From: Ignavibacteriota bacterium | GTDB taxonomy: Bacteria; Bacteroidota; Ignavibacteria; Palsa-1295 | Assembly: GCA_963776895.1 (NCBI GenBank) | Contig: CAVZOL010000009.1 | Location: 146,030 to 210,029 of the forward strand | Direction: 5' to 3' | DNA: 64,000 bases | Notes under the pieces: generated by a model | The model's database searches: none | What the model was told of the DNA's origin: nothing | The model's input: the letters and a program-made list of their open reading frames with translations, nothing else | Position numbers and translations under genes: made by a program | Shown: positions 11,158-19,548 of the stretch, piece after piece | Numbering within the stretch: the first letter of the stretch is position 1 | Layout of the letters: each line of letters opens with the position of its first letter

Positions 11158-11974
11158 CGGAAGGAGACAGTGAATTCTTCACGCCATTGCGTTCGGCTTC
11201 CTTCTTGAAGGCGCTCATGTATTCCACAAGCGACGCGATCTCCTCATCGCCGAGCGGGCCTTTGTTCTTCGTATGGAACGCCGGCATGGCTGTGTTCGGA
11301 ATACCGTTCTCGATGATATTCTGCCATTGTTTCGGAGTGTGCTTGAGCATCGCTTCGCTCGCAAGTTCCGGACCTGGCTTGTCATCCACTTTCTGGCCGT
11401 GGCAGATCGCGCAATCGGCTTCGTACAAACGCGCGCCGAGTTCGCCTTTGCCTTTATTGACATGGCAGCTCGCGCAATCTCCCTGGAACAGCCCATCCAA
11501 GTGCATCGGAGTTTTGTGCGCCATCTTCGATTTCACCACGCGGCCTTGTATATGCACCATCGCCTCCGGCGTATTCTTGGCGTTCGAGGTGATCGTCACG
11601 CTCTTCATGATCGGGCCTTCGGGCTTGTTATTGGCATCGAAAGTCACTTTCAGTCGGCTGGTGCCTCCCGGTGGAATGCTCTTTACATCTAGCACCGCTG
11701 CCGTGCAACCGCACGACGCTCGCGTATTCGATACCACCAGCGTATCGGTACCGTCATTTTTGATCAGAAAATTATGCTCGGCTTTCGTGCCTTGCTCGAT
11801 GTCATGGAAGTCATAGCTATCCTCATCGATCTTGATCTGTGGCCCTTTTTTCAGCGAGTCCACAGGAGGATGCGATGGAAGCTGGCCTGACATAACGCCA
11901 GGAAATACAAGATACGCAGCCATCAGCGCCGCGATAAATAACGGGGGTAATGCAAAAGCTATTCGAGATTTCAT
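11099..11974 (-). CDS. Fusion of DUF1573 with a dihaem c-type cytochrome domain
   Basis: Has a signal peptide. The DUF1573 signature is RASCGCTAAV. Two CxxCH motifs (CASCH, CAICH) are present. Confidence 0.7.
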   Translation of the reverse strand: MKSRIAFALPPLFIAALMAAYLVFPGVMSGQLPSHPPVDSLKKGPQIKIDEDSYDFHDIEQGTKAEHNFLIKNDGTDTLVVSNTRASCGCTAAVLDVKSIPPGGTSRLKVTFDANNKPEGPIMKSVTITSNAKNTPEAMVHIQGRVVKSKMAHKTPMHLDGLFQGDCASCHVNKGKGELGARLYEADCAICHGQKVDDKPGPELASEAMLKHTPKQWQNIIENGIPNTAMPAFHTKNKGPLGDEEIASLVEYMSAFKKEAERNGVKNSLSPSGAVMQGGTSGGTAAVPAKN

Positions 11975-12163
11975 ATTCAGATGAAAAATGTAAAAATTCA
12001 GAAGAAAAGTCTAAAAAACCGTGTTAGCCGCCGTAAGGTGACTATGACCGAAAATTCCGACGATAGAAATACCACTTTTGTTTCACTTGCGTTCCGACTC
12101 TCGTAGGATTATCTATGCCATCCCGTCCCTAATCCCGAAAATCCCGTAAATCGTGCTCCCATT

Positions 12164-12255
12164 TCATCCCTCATCCTTCATCCTTCATCCCTCATCCTCT
12201 CATCCCTCATCCTTCATCCCTCATCCTTCATCCCTCATCCTTCATCCCTCATCCT
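12164..12255. repeat. Heptanucleotide microsatellite (TCATCCY), about 13 units
   Basis: The direct read is tcatccc tcatcct tcatcct tcatccc and so on, with one 8-nt unit. It lies in the intergenic region between the 11974 gene and the tracrRNA/cas9 locus. Confidence 0.9.
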
Positions 12256-12519
12256 TTCCCCCAGAAATAGGTGCCGTTTTTCTTTCTTGTGAGTTCCCGA
12301 TGATTCCTCGTTTCCAGGCTGTTTTCGCCATTTGTTGCAACAAATTCTTTTCGCAGAGAACTCGTTCATATTGAAACCTACCAAATGCCCCCACTTTTTA
12401 CCTATTACTTCTTACCTAATTCCGCCGCAGTTGTCAATGAACATGACGCGAACACTATTCTTTCAGACACTGGTGCACATACTCTTACACTCAATATACA
12501 ACATTTTTGAGGCCGGACA

Positions 12520-12547
12520 TAAAAAAGCCCCGGACGAACCAGGGCCA
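12520..12547 (-). terminator. Rho-independent terminator of the predicted tracrRNA
   Basis: The minus strand reads GCCCTGGTTCGTCCGGGGC followed by TTTTTTAT. Confidence 0.55.
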
Positions 12548-12612
12548 AGGCTTTCGCCTGTAGAATCATCTTTACTATGATGAGCTTTCAGATTGTTAAC
12601 GAACTATACGAA
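12520..12612 (-). ncRNA. Predicted tracrRNA: anti-repeat, then a GAAA hairpin, then an intrinsic terminator
   Basis: The minus strand reads AACAATCTGAAAGCTCATCATAGT (12597-12574). This pairs with 22 of the first 24 nt of the minus-sense CRISPR repeat GCTGTGATCTGCTTTCAGATTGTT, with two G:U pairs and a 2-nt internal mismatch. It is followed by GGCGAAAGCC, the stem GCCCTGG/CCGGGGC and TTTTTT. The 5' end is not determinable. Confidence 0.55.
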
Positions 12613-12669
12613 AACTTTCGTAATTTAGTTCTAAATTAATGGGCACCTAATACCGCCCAAAGTAAGAAT

Positions 12670-14232
12670 ATGGCCAAAACATTGGGACTCAATATTGGCA
12701 CCACATCTATAGGATGGTGCCTCATGGAGGATAAAAACCGAATCGTTCGCTCCGGAGTGAGGATTTTCCCGGTTGGTGTGCAGGAAGATAAATACGCTAA
12801 AAGCAGCGTAGAAGAATCAAAAAACGCCGCGCGACGAACCGCACGCGGAATTCGGCGAGGTTACGACCGCTATAAGCTGCGTCGCAAACAACTGCGCCGA
12901 GTGTTGCTTGAAATGAATATGCTCCCCGACCGGCTTGAACTTCCCTCCGCACGGGCGCTCTATGAACTCCGAGTCCGTGGACTTGACGAGAGCCTTGAAC
13001 TCAAAGAGATCGGTCGAGTTTTGCTACACCTCAACCAGCGTCGCGGTTTCTTGAGCAATCGAAAGACAGCTTTGAAAGATGGCGAAAAAGAACGAAGCGA
13101 GATTAAGCTCCAAATGAATGAACTCCGACAGCGGGTTGCAGATTCAGGCCTACGCACGCTGGGAGAATTTTACCTTTCGCTATACCAAGCGAACGAGGCC
13201 ATTGAGAATTGGCACAACCCAGATCAGCCGGTTGAAAGAATCCGTAAACGCTTCGTCCATCGCTCAATGTACGAGGAGGAATTCGAAGCAATTTGGAAGA
13301 CACAATCGAAATTTTATCCCGAAATTCTGACCGAAGAGCGTCGCCGCGAAATAAAAGAAAGATGTATTTATTATCAGCGACCGCTTAAATCTCAAAAAGG
13401 AAGGGTAGGCAAATGTCGATTCGAGCCAAAGAAGCGTGTCGCGCCTCGAAGTTCTTTGCTCTTCCAGGAATTCCGGATTTGGGAAACACTTAGCCGTATC
13501 CGAGTGACAGACAATAAGAGACACCTCGGGCCTCTATCGCTTGAAGAGAAGGAAATTCTTGCCGAAGTCTTAGGAGAGACCGATGAGCTTTCGCAGGCCA
13601 AGATAAAGACGCTCATTCGGCTTCCTAAAGCGGCATATATGAACGACATTGACAAAATCAAGGGAAATACAACTGTGGCTAAGATTATGAAGGTGGTTGG
13701 GCAAAATGCCTGGCGCTTGATTCCTCTAGAAAAACGCGAGCACATTTGGCATGTGCTCTATTTCGCACCCGATGAGAGTTGGCTAAGGGAATGGTGTAAA
13801 AAAAATCTCAGCCTCTCGGAAGAACAAGCCGAGGCATTCTCCGAAATTTCGCTCGAACCGGATTATTCCCGCATTAGCCACAAGGCAATCAATAAAATGC
13901 TTCCCTTTCTCAAGAAAGGTATGGATTACTCCGAAGCAAGCAAAGCTGTAGGTTATCACCATTCGTTTGACGAAGAGACACAAGGCAAGGATCGAGTTCT
14001 CGAAGATAAGATTATTCGGAAGCCCAACGATGAAATCGATCAACTCCGCAGCCCGATTGTTATGCGTGCCTTAGGTGAAACCGTTTCACTGGTTAACGCA
14101 ATAATACAAGAGGAGGGACGACCAGATCAAATCCGCATTGAATTTGCTCGATCCATGAGAATGCCGAAGGATGTTCGTGAGAATATGAGAAGAAATAATC
14201 TCGACAAAGAGAGGCAACGTGAAGAATATTGA
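12670..14232 (+). CDS. cas9: Cas9 (type II-C), N-terminal part: RuvC-I, bridge helix, REC lobe and RuvC-II
   Basis: Contains LGLNIGTTSIGW (RuvC-I motif with Asn where Asp is expected), the Arg-rich helix KNAARRTARGIRRGYDRYKLRRKQLRR, and IRIEFARS (RuvC-II Glu). It ends at a TGA and continues in the next frame. Confidence 0.9.
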   Translation: MAKTLGLNIGTTSIGWCLMEDKNRIVRSGVRIFPVGVQEDKYAKSSVEESKNAARRTARGIRRGYDRYKLRRKQLRRVLLEMNMLPDRLELPSARALYELRVRGLDESLELKEIGRVLLHLNQRRGFLSNRKTALKDGEKERSEIKLQMNELRQRVADSGLRTLGEFYLSLYQANEAIENWHNPDQPVERIRKRFVHRSMYEEEFEAIWKTQSKFYPEILTEERRREIKERCIYYQRPLKSQKGRVGKCRFEPKKRVAPRSSLLFQEFRIWETLSRIRVTDNKRHLGPLSLEEKEILAEVLGETDELSQAKIKTLIRLPKAAYMNDIDKIKGNTTVAKIMKVVGQNAWRLIPLEKREHIWHVLYFAPDESWLREWCKKNLSLSEEQAEAFSEISLEPDYSRISHKAINKMLPFLKKGMDYSEASKAVGYHHSFDEETQGKDRVLEDKIIRKPNDEIDQLRSPIVMRALGETVSLVNAIIQEEGRPDQIRIEFARSMRMPKDVRENMRRNNLDKERQREEY

Positions 14233-15961
14233 GAATTTCTCGAAAAGGAAAATGGGATGGGCTGACATTTCACGAAGCCAAATTACAAAGTTCGAACTCT
14301 GGCTGGAAATGGAATTTGCCGAAGAAGATCTACGAAAAATTAATTCTTCGATCGATGTCGAGGAGTTTAGGAAATTCGTCGATAGGATTAAGCCATCGGA
14401 TAAACAGAAATACGAGCTTTGGATGGAATGCGGACGTATTTCTCCTTATACTGGAAAAATCATCCCGCTCGGGCGACTTTTTAGTCCAGACATTGAGATC
14501 GAGCACATTGTACCTTATAGCAAATCATTCGATAATTCGTTCCGAAACAAGACATTATCTGAAAGGGAATTTAATGCCGCAAAGGGAAATGATACACCTA
14601 TAAAGTATTTCGAAAAGCAAGGAGCCGAGTCGTTGCGTCATTTTAAAGAAAGAATTAAGGCGCTGCCGCGAATTAAGCAAGAGCGGATGCTTCAAGAAGA
14701 ATTTGACGAATTTCGTCCCGGCGACATTGAGAGTACTGCGTGGATTGCAAAAGAAGCTCGGAACATTTTACGCCGCGTTTGTTTGGACGTTCGTGCAACT
14801 GACGGCCAAGTAACAAATCTTTTAAGGAAGTATTGGGGACTCAATAAAATTCTCAATCTTGCTGGTGAGAATGAGAAGGAACGCAAAGACCATCGGCATC
14901 ATGCTATTGACGCATTCGTAATTGCAAACACCGATAACTGGTGGGTAAACCTTCTGAGTCAAGCAAGCAAAATCGATCCATATCGAAAATTAAGCGATAA
15001 TATCTTGGAACTTCTTCGCACGCAGGCAGGGCGGGATCTGGTAAAAGCCGCAGGCATAGGAGAACCGGTCGAGGTTGAGGGAAATGACCCGCTCCAACTG
15101 CAAACTACAAATCCCTTAACGGGTGAAATTGTTGCAGGAGGTATCCCCGGCCCATACCCCAACCACCGTCATGAATTGGAAGATGCGCTTTCTAAAATGC
15201 TAATCTCGTATCGCAACGAAAAACGCTTGCTCTCTACAAAAAAGAACAAGTACCGTTATTCACACCCAGACGGACAGAAAAAAATCCAAAAATCAATTGC
15301 GGTGCGTGGGCCGCTTCACGCGGAGTCTGTTTTCGGACAAATTTCAAATTCCCACAATAATGGAGAATTAGAATTTGTAATCAGAAAGCCGCTTTCCTCA
15401 CTCGATAAAATGAAACAGGTTGAGAAAATTGTCGATCCGGCAATTCGGAAACTTGTTAAGGATCACATTGAGCGAAACGGCGGGGAATCTAAAATTAAGG
15501 ATGCACTGCAAAAGCCTCTTTTTATGATGAGTTTGAATGGCAAAAAGCTCATTCCAATCCACAATGTTCGAATGACAGAATCAGCCACCCAACTCATTCA
15601 GCTTCGACCGAAGGAGAATCCAAAATTATTTGTAGATTCTGGCTCGAATTATTGTATGGCAATTTATGGCGATTCAGAAGGAGCAGAACGAGATTATGAA
15701 ACCATCTCATTTTACACAGCCGCACGAAGAGCCATGGCAAACGAAGCTATTGTTAGAACAGAGAAGGAAGGATTGCCTCTTCTCGTCGAGCTAAAGCAGA
15801 AGGATATGGTAATTCGATACCAAAAGAATCCTGATGAAATTGAATGGGAAAATCTTGATTACATTGCCACGAACCTCTTCTTTGTGATAAAAGTCGATAC
15901 TGCCGGACAAATTTTCTTAGGACGGCACACTCGCTCTAATTCTCAATTTAAAAAAGGATAG
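14219..15961 (+). CDS. cas9: Cas9 (type II-C), C-terminal part: HNH, RuvC-III and WED/PI region
   Basis: HNH region is DIEIEHIVPYSKSFDNSFRNKTLSEREFNAAKGNDTP. RuvC-III is DHRHHAIDAFVIA. The two parts together are about 1,095 aa, typical of type II-C. Confidence 0.9.
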   Translation: MKNIENFSKRKMGWADISRSQITKFELWLEMEFAEEDLRKINSSIDVEEFRKFVDRIKPSDKQKYELWMECGRISPYTGKIIPLGRLFSPDIEIEHIVPYSKSFDNSFRNKTLSEREFNAAKGNDTPIKYFEKQGAESLRHFKERIKALPRIKQERMLQEEFDEFRPGDIESTAWIAKEARNILRRVCLDVRATDGQVTNLLRKYWGLNKILNLAGENEKERKDHRHHAIDAFVIANTDNWWVNLLSQASKIDPYRKLSDNILELLRTQAGRDLVKAAGIGEPVEVEGNDPLQLQTTNPLTGEIVAGGIPGPYPNHRHELEDALSKMLISYRNEKRLLSTKKNKYRYSHPDGQKKIQKSIAVRGPLHAESVFGQISNSHNNGELEFVIRKPLSSLDKMKQVEKIVDPAIRKLVKDHIERNGGESKIKDALQKPLFMMSLNGKKLIPIHNVRMTESATQLIQLRPKENPKLFVDSGSNYCMAIYGDSEGAERDYETISFYTAARRAMANEAIVRTEKEGLPLLVELKQKDMVIRYQKNPDEIEWENLDYIATNLFFVIKVDTAGQIFLGRHTRSNSQFKKG

Positions 15962-16048
15962 AAATGTTGATGTATTTCAAGTGCGGGCCTCCACAATACG
16001 GGCCGCAAGAGTCGAAATTACTTCAACAGGGAAATTAAAGAGGCTACC

Positions 16049-17014
16049 ATGATCCGCCGCACTCTGTACTTCGGGAACCCCGCGTACCTTTCGACGAAGG
16101 ACAACCAGCTTGTCATTGAGCGGCAGCCTGCGCCTGAAGAAGAGGAAATACCGATTACGACGGTTCCCATCGAAGATATCGGCGCTATTATGCTGGACGA
16201 TCCTCAGATCACGATCACACAGCCGCTCCTGCGGGAACTTCTGAAATCGAACGTTGCGGTCGTTAGCTGTGACGAGCACCACATGCCGGTGGGAATGTTT
16301 CTGCCGTTAGCAGGGAGTGGAGTGCAGCCGGAGAGATTCAAATACCAGCTTCGGGCCTCGAAACCAATGCGAAAAAATTTGTGGGCGCAGACAATCGATT
16401 TCAAGATTAGAAATCAGGCGTCTCTCCTGGCATTATCTGGTAAGCCATCGCCCAATATGCTAAAATGGTCGTCAGATGTTAAGTCCGGTGATGCGGGAAA
16501 TTTGGAGGGTCGTGCTGCCGTCTATTATTGGGCGAATATTTTCCCTGAAGAACTTAGCTTCAAACGCGACCGCTATGGCGAACCTCCGAACAATCTTCTT
16601 AATTATGGCTACGCCGTTTTGCGCGCCATGACCGCTCAGGCGTTGGTTGCAAGCGGCATGTTACCGACGCTTGGAATCCATCATCGCAATAAATACAATG
16701 CTTATCCACTCGCGGACGATATTATGGAACCCTACCGTCCATTCCTCGATGCTATAGTGCTCGAAATTGTAAGGAACGGTGAGGACTTTACAGAACTTTC
16801 AACATCGGTCAAAAAACAGCTTCTTTCTCTTCATACGGTCGATGTAGTAATGGCCGGCAAGCGACGTCCGCTTCATGTTGCGATGCAGCGCACTGCCGCT
16901 TCGCTCGCATTTTGTTTTTTAGGCGAACGGCGCAGAATTTTATATCCGGAATTTCCTTTTGGAACCGAACCTAATTCACCAACTATTATTAGGAACTGGC
17001 TGGGTGGTAACTAA
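16049..17014 (+). CDS. cas1: CRISPR-associated endonuclease Cas1, type II
   Basis: Has the Cas1 C-terminal catalytic region NLLNYGYAVLRA...GIHHRNKYNAYPLADDIMEPYRP. It is followed immediately by cas2. Confidence 0.95.
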   Translation: MIRRTLYFGNPAYLSTKDNQLVIERQPAPEEEEIPITTVPIEDIGAIMLDDPQITITQPLLRELLKSNVAVVSCDEHHMPVGMFLPLAGSGVQPERFKYQLRASKPMRKNLWAQTIDFKIRNQASLLALSGKPSPNMLKWSSDVKSGDAGNLEGRAAVYYWANIFPEELSFKRDRYGEPPNNLLNYGYAVLRAMTAQALVASGMLPTLGIHHRNKYNAYPLADDIMEPYRPFLDAIVLEIVRNGEDFTELSTSVKKQLLSLHTVDVVMAGKRRPLHVAMQRTAASLAFCFLGERRRILYPEFPFGTEPNSPTIIRNWLGGN

Positions 17015-17353
17015 ATGCAAAACTCACGATTTAACGAATACCGAACCTTGTGGACCATGGTACTCTTCGATCTTCCTGTCTTGACCAAAAAAGATCGGAA
17101 GGAATATGCAAAATTCAGGAAGGCTCTCCTGAAGGATGGCTTTAGCCTTTTCCAATTTTCAACATACATGCGTCACTCGTTCAGCCGTGAGAACGCGGAA
17201 GTGCATAAGAAGCGGGTGAAATATGCGCTTCCGCCGAAAGGTAAAGTCGGAATCTTAACCATCACCGATAAGCAATTCGGCTTGATGGAACTATTCGAAG
17301 GAGAATCGCGCGTGGAGAGCGAACGCCCTCCGCAGCAACTCGATATGTTCTAA
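17015..17353 (+). CDS. cas2: CRISPR-associated endoribonuclease Cas2
   Basis: 112 aa. [26 protein letters not shown] is a typical type II Cas2 N-terminus. Its start abuts the cas1 stop. Confidence 0.9.
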   Translation: MQNSRFNEYRTLWTMVLFDLPVLTKKDRKEYAKFRKALLKDGFSLFQFSTYMRHSFSRENAEVHKKRVKYALPPKGKVGILTITDKQFGLMELFEGESRVESERPPQQLDMF

Positions 17354-17411
17354 TTTTTTTATCCTGATTGTCCCTCTAACTCCTTATTTGTCAATAATTT
17401 GCTGTCATCGT

Positions 17412-19461
17412 ATTAAAACCATAAAACTCGAAAAAACAATCTGAAAGCAGATCACAGCTTACCGTCGCAGAGTTCGCACGTAGCCTGAAGATTAAAACCA
17501 TAAAACTCGAAAAAACAATCTGAAAGCAGATCACAGCAAAGCTTTTCAATATGGCAATGGGAGCTTTATTAAAACCATAAAACTCGAAAAAACAATCTGA
17601 AAGCAGATCACAGCATCAGCTTCCCGAGTGATGCCGTAAGAGCAATTAAAACCATAAAACTCGAAAAAACAATCTGAAAGCAGATCACAGCTCTTCGCAA
17701 TAAACCAAAACTTCGTATAGCATTAAAACCATAAAACTCGAAAAAACAATCTGAAAGCAGATCACAGCCTTCCGGTGGCGGTGGAGTAGATTCCGTTCAT
17801 TAAAACCATAAAACTCGAAAAAACAATCTGAAAGCAGATCACAGCGTTCGCGGGTCTTTCCATCCGATCTGCGTTATTAAAACCATAAAACTCGAAAAAA
17901 CAATCTGAAAGCAGATCACAGCCAAGGCAACGAGAACGCTACAATGGCAACGATTAAAACCATAAAACTCGAAAAAACAATCTGAAAGCAGATCACAGCC
18001 TAATAGGGGAGCTTAAATACAAGCTGCTTATTAAAACCATAAAACTCGAAAAAACAATCTGAAAGCAGATCACAGCAGGAAGAGCTACGCGCAACAGGGC
18101 GAGCATATTAAAACCATAAAACTCGAAAAAACAATCTGAAAGCAGATCACAGCCCGAGGGTTGACCGTGACAAATTACGAACATTAAAACCATAAAACTC
18201 GAAAAAACAATCTGAAAGCAGATCACAGCATGCTTGGAATAGTTAAATCACTATCCACAATTAAAACCATAAAACTCGAAAAAACAATCTGAAAGCAGAT
18301 CACAGCTATTGATGGGCGTTGTGATTTTCATTTGCTATTAAAACCATAAAACTCGAAAAAACAATCTGAAAGCAGATCACAGCTTGTGAGCGACAACCAA
18401 AAGTCTTTCATGCATTAAAACCATAAAACTCGAAAAAACAATCTGAAAGCAGATCACAGCTGTTCGACTACAACCTATACGGCGAACCGGATTAAAACCA
18501 TAAAACTCGAAAAAACAATCTGAAAGCAGATCACAGCTTTCGGGAGGGCTTATGTGGATATGTTGACATTAAAACCATAAAACTCGAAAAAACAATCTGA
18601 AAGCAGATCACAGCAACCTTACTGCCCAAGAAAAAGTTGCCGCTATTAAAACCATAAAACTCGAAAAAACAATCTGAAAGCAGATCACAGCCGGGAGCCA
18701 TTGATGACGAGCGTTTGGCGAATTAAAACCATAAAACTCGAAAAAACAATCTGAAAGCAGATCACAGCCGCAACCGGCAAGCCACCCCCTGAGCCTGCAT
18801 TAAAACCATAAAACTCGAAAAAACAATCTGAAAGCAGATCACAGCCCTTGCGGAAGGTGCGTATCTTCCCGCGCGATTAAAACCATAAAACTCGAAAAAA
18901 CAATCTGAAAGCAGATCACAGCAGGACGCGGGAACCGAAAGAAAAAAAAGATATTAAAACCATAAAACTCGAAAAAACAATCTGAAAGCAGATCACAGCA
19001 AAGCAGTGTTAACTAATCTATTACAACAAATTAAAACCATAAAACTCGAAAAAACAATCTGAAAGCAGATCACAGCAGTTGGCACTACCGAGATCGGACA
19101 GTCCACATTAAAACCATAAAACTCGAAAAAACAATCTGAAAGCAGATCACAGCTTTGAATTCAGAAGCTTGTTTTTCGAGCAGATTAAAACCATAAAACT
19201 CGAAAAAACAATCTGAAAGCAGATCACAGCACCAACGACGCCCGATCTGCTTTGCACTTAATTAAAACCATAAAACTCGAAAAAACAATCTGAAAGCAGA
19301 TCACAGCAGGAACAAATACGCACGTTCTCGCAGAACTATTAAAACCATAAAACTCGAAAAAACAATCTGAAAGCAGATCACAGCTTATAGCTCTTCTTCC
19401 TCTTCCTCGTTCCGATTAAAACCATAAAACTCGAAAAAACAATCTGAAAGCAGATCACAGC
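17412..19461 (-). CRISPR. CRISPR array with 27 copies of a 47-bp repeat and 26 spacers of 29-32 bp
   Basis: The plus-strand repeat is ATTAAAACCATAAAACTCGAAAAAACAATCTGAAAGCAGATCACAGC, and all copies look identical by eye. The period is 76-79 bp. Arithmetic on first and last repeat starts (17412 and 19415) confirms 27 repeats. The minus strand is assigned from tracrRNA complementarity. Confidence 0.97.
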
Positions 19462-19463
19462 TT

Positions 19464-19490
19464 AAGGACGTGAAACGTCCTTTCTCGTTT
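19464..19490 (+). terminator. Stem-loop AAGGACGT-GAA-ACGTCCTT followed by a T-rich tail, directly after the last repeat
   Basis: An 8-bp perfect stem is followed by TCTCGTTTT. It could stop plus-strand read-through from the cas operon. Confidence 0.4.
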
Positions 19491-19548
19491 TGGTGTAATA
19501 ACACACAATTTGTAGGGTTAAAGTCCGCCTCACTCTTTTTATTGAAAG

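Noticed and set aside
12153-12374. A 73-aa ORF (PSSFILHPSS...) over the heptamer microsatellite, and ORF 12332-12580 over the tracrRNA locus
   Set aside because: These are low-complexity translations of the tandem repeat and of the structured ncRNA region. Neither has a coding signature.
12640-12655. A recurrent GGCACCTA(T/A) motif upstream of cas9 (12641), cassette repeat 1 (22855), the radical-SAM gene (36283) and dinB (39677)
   Set aside because: Only four or five short, imperfect occurrences were found by eye. Without a genome-wide count this cannot be distinguished from chance, so no operator or promoter is called.
14229-14603. A third-frame 124-aa ORF at the cas9 break; I also considered TGA read-through of cas9
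   Set aside because: The frame-3 product has no Cas9-like sequence. Read-through is rejected because a second in-frame TGA follows 12 codons later. The HNH motifs are in the frame of 14219-15961.
17993-18226. A 77-aa ORF on the minus strand inside the CRISPR array
   Set aside because: It is composed of repeat-spacer-repeat sequence, with periodic peptide repeats (ICFQIVFSSFMVL twice). It is a translation artefact.
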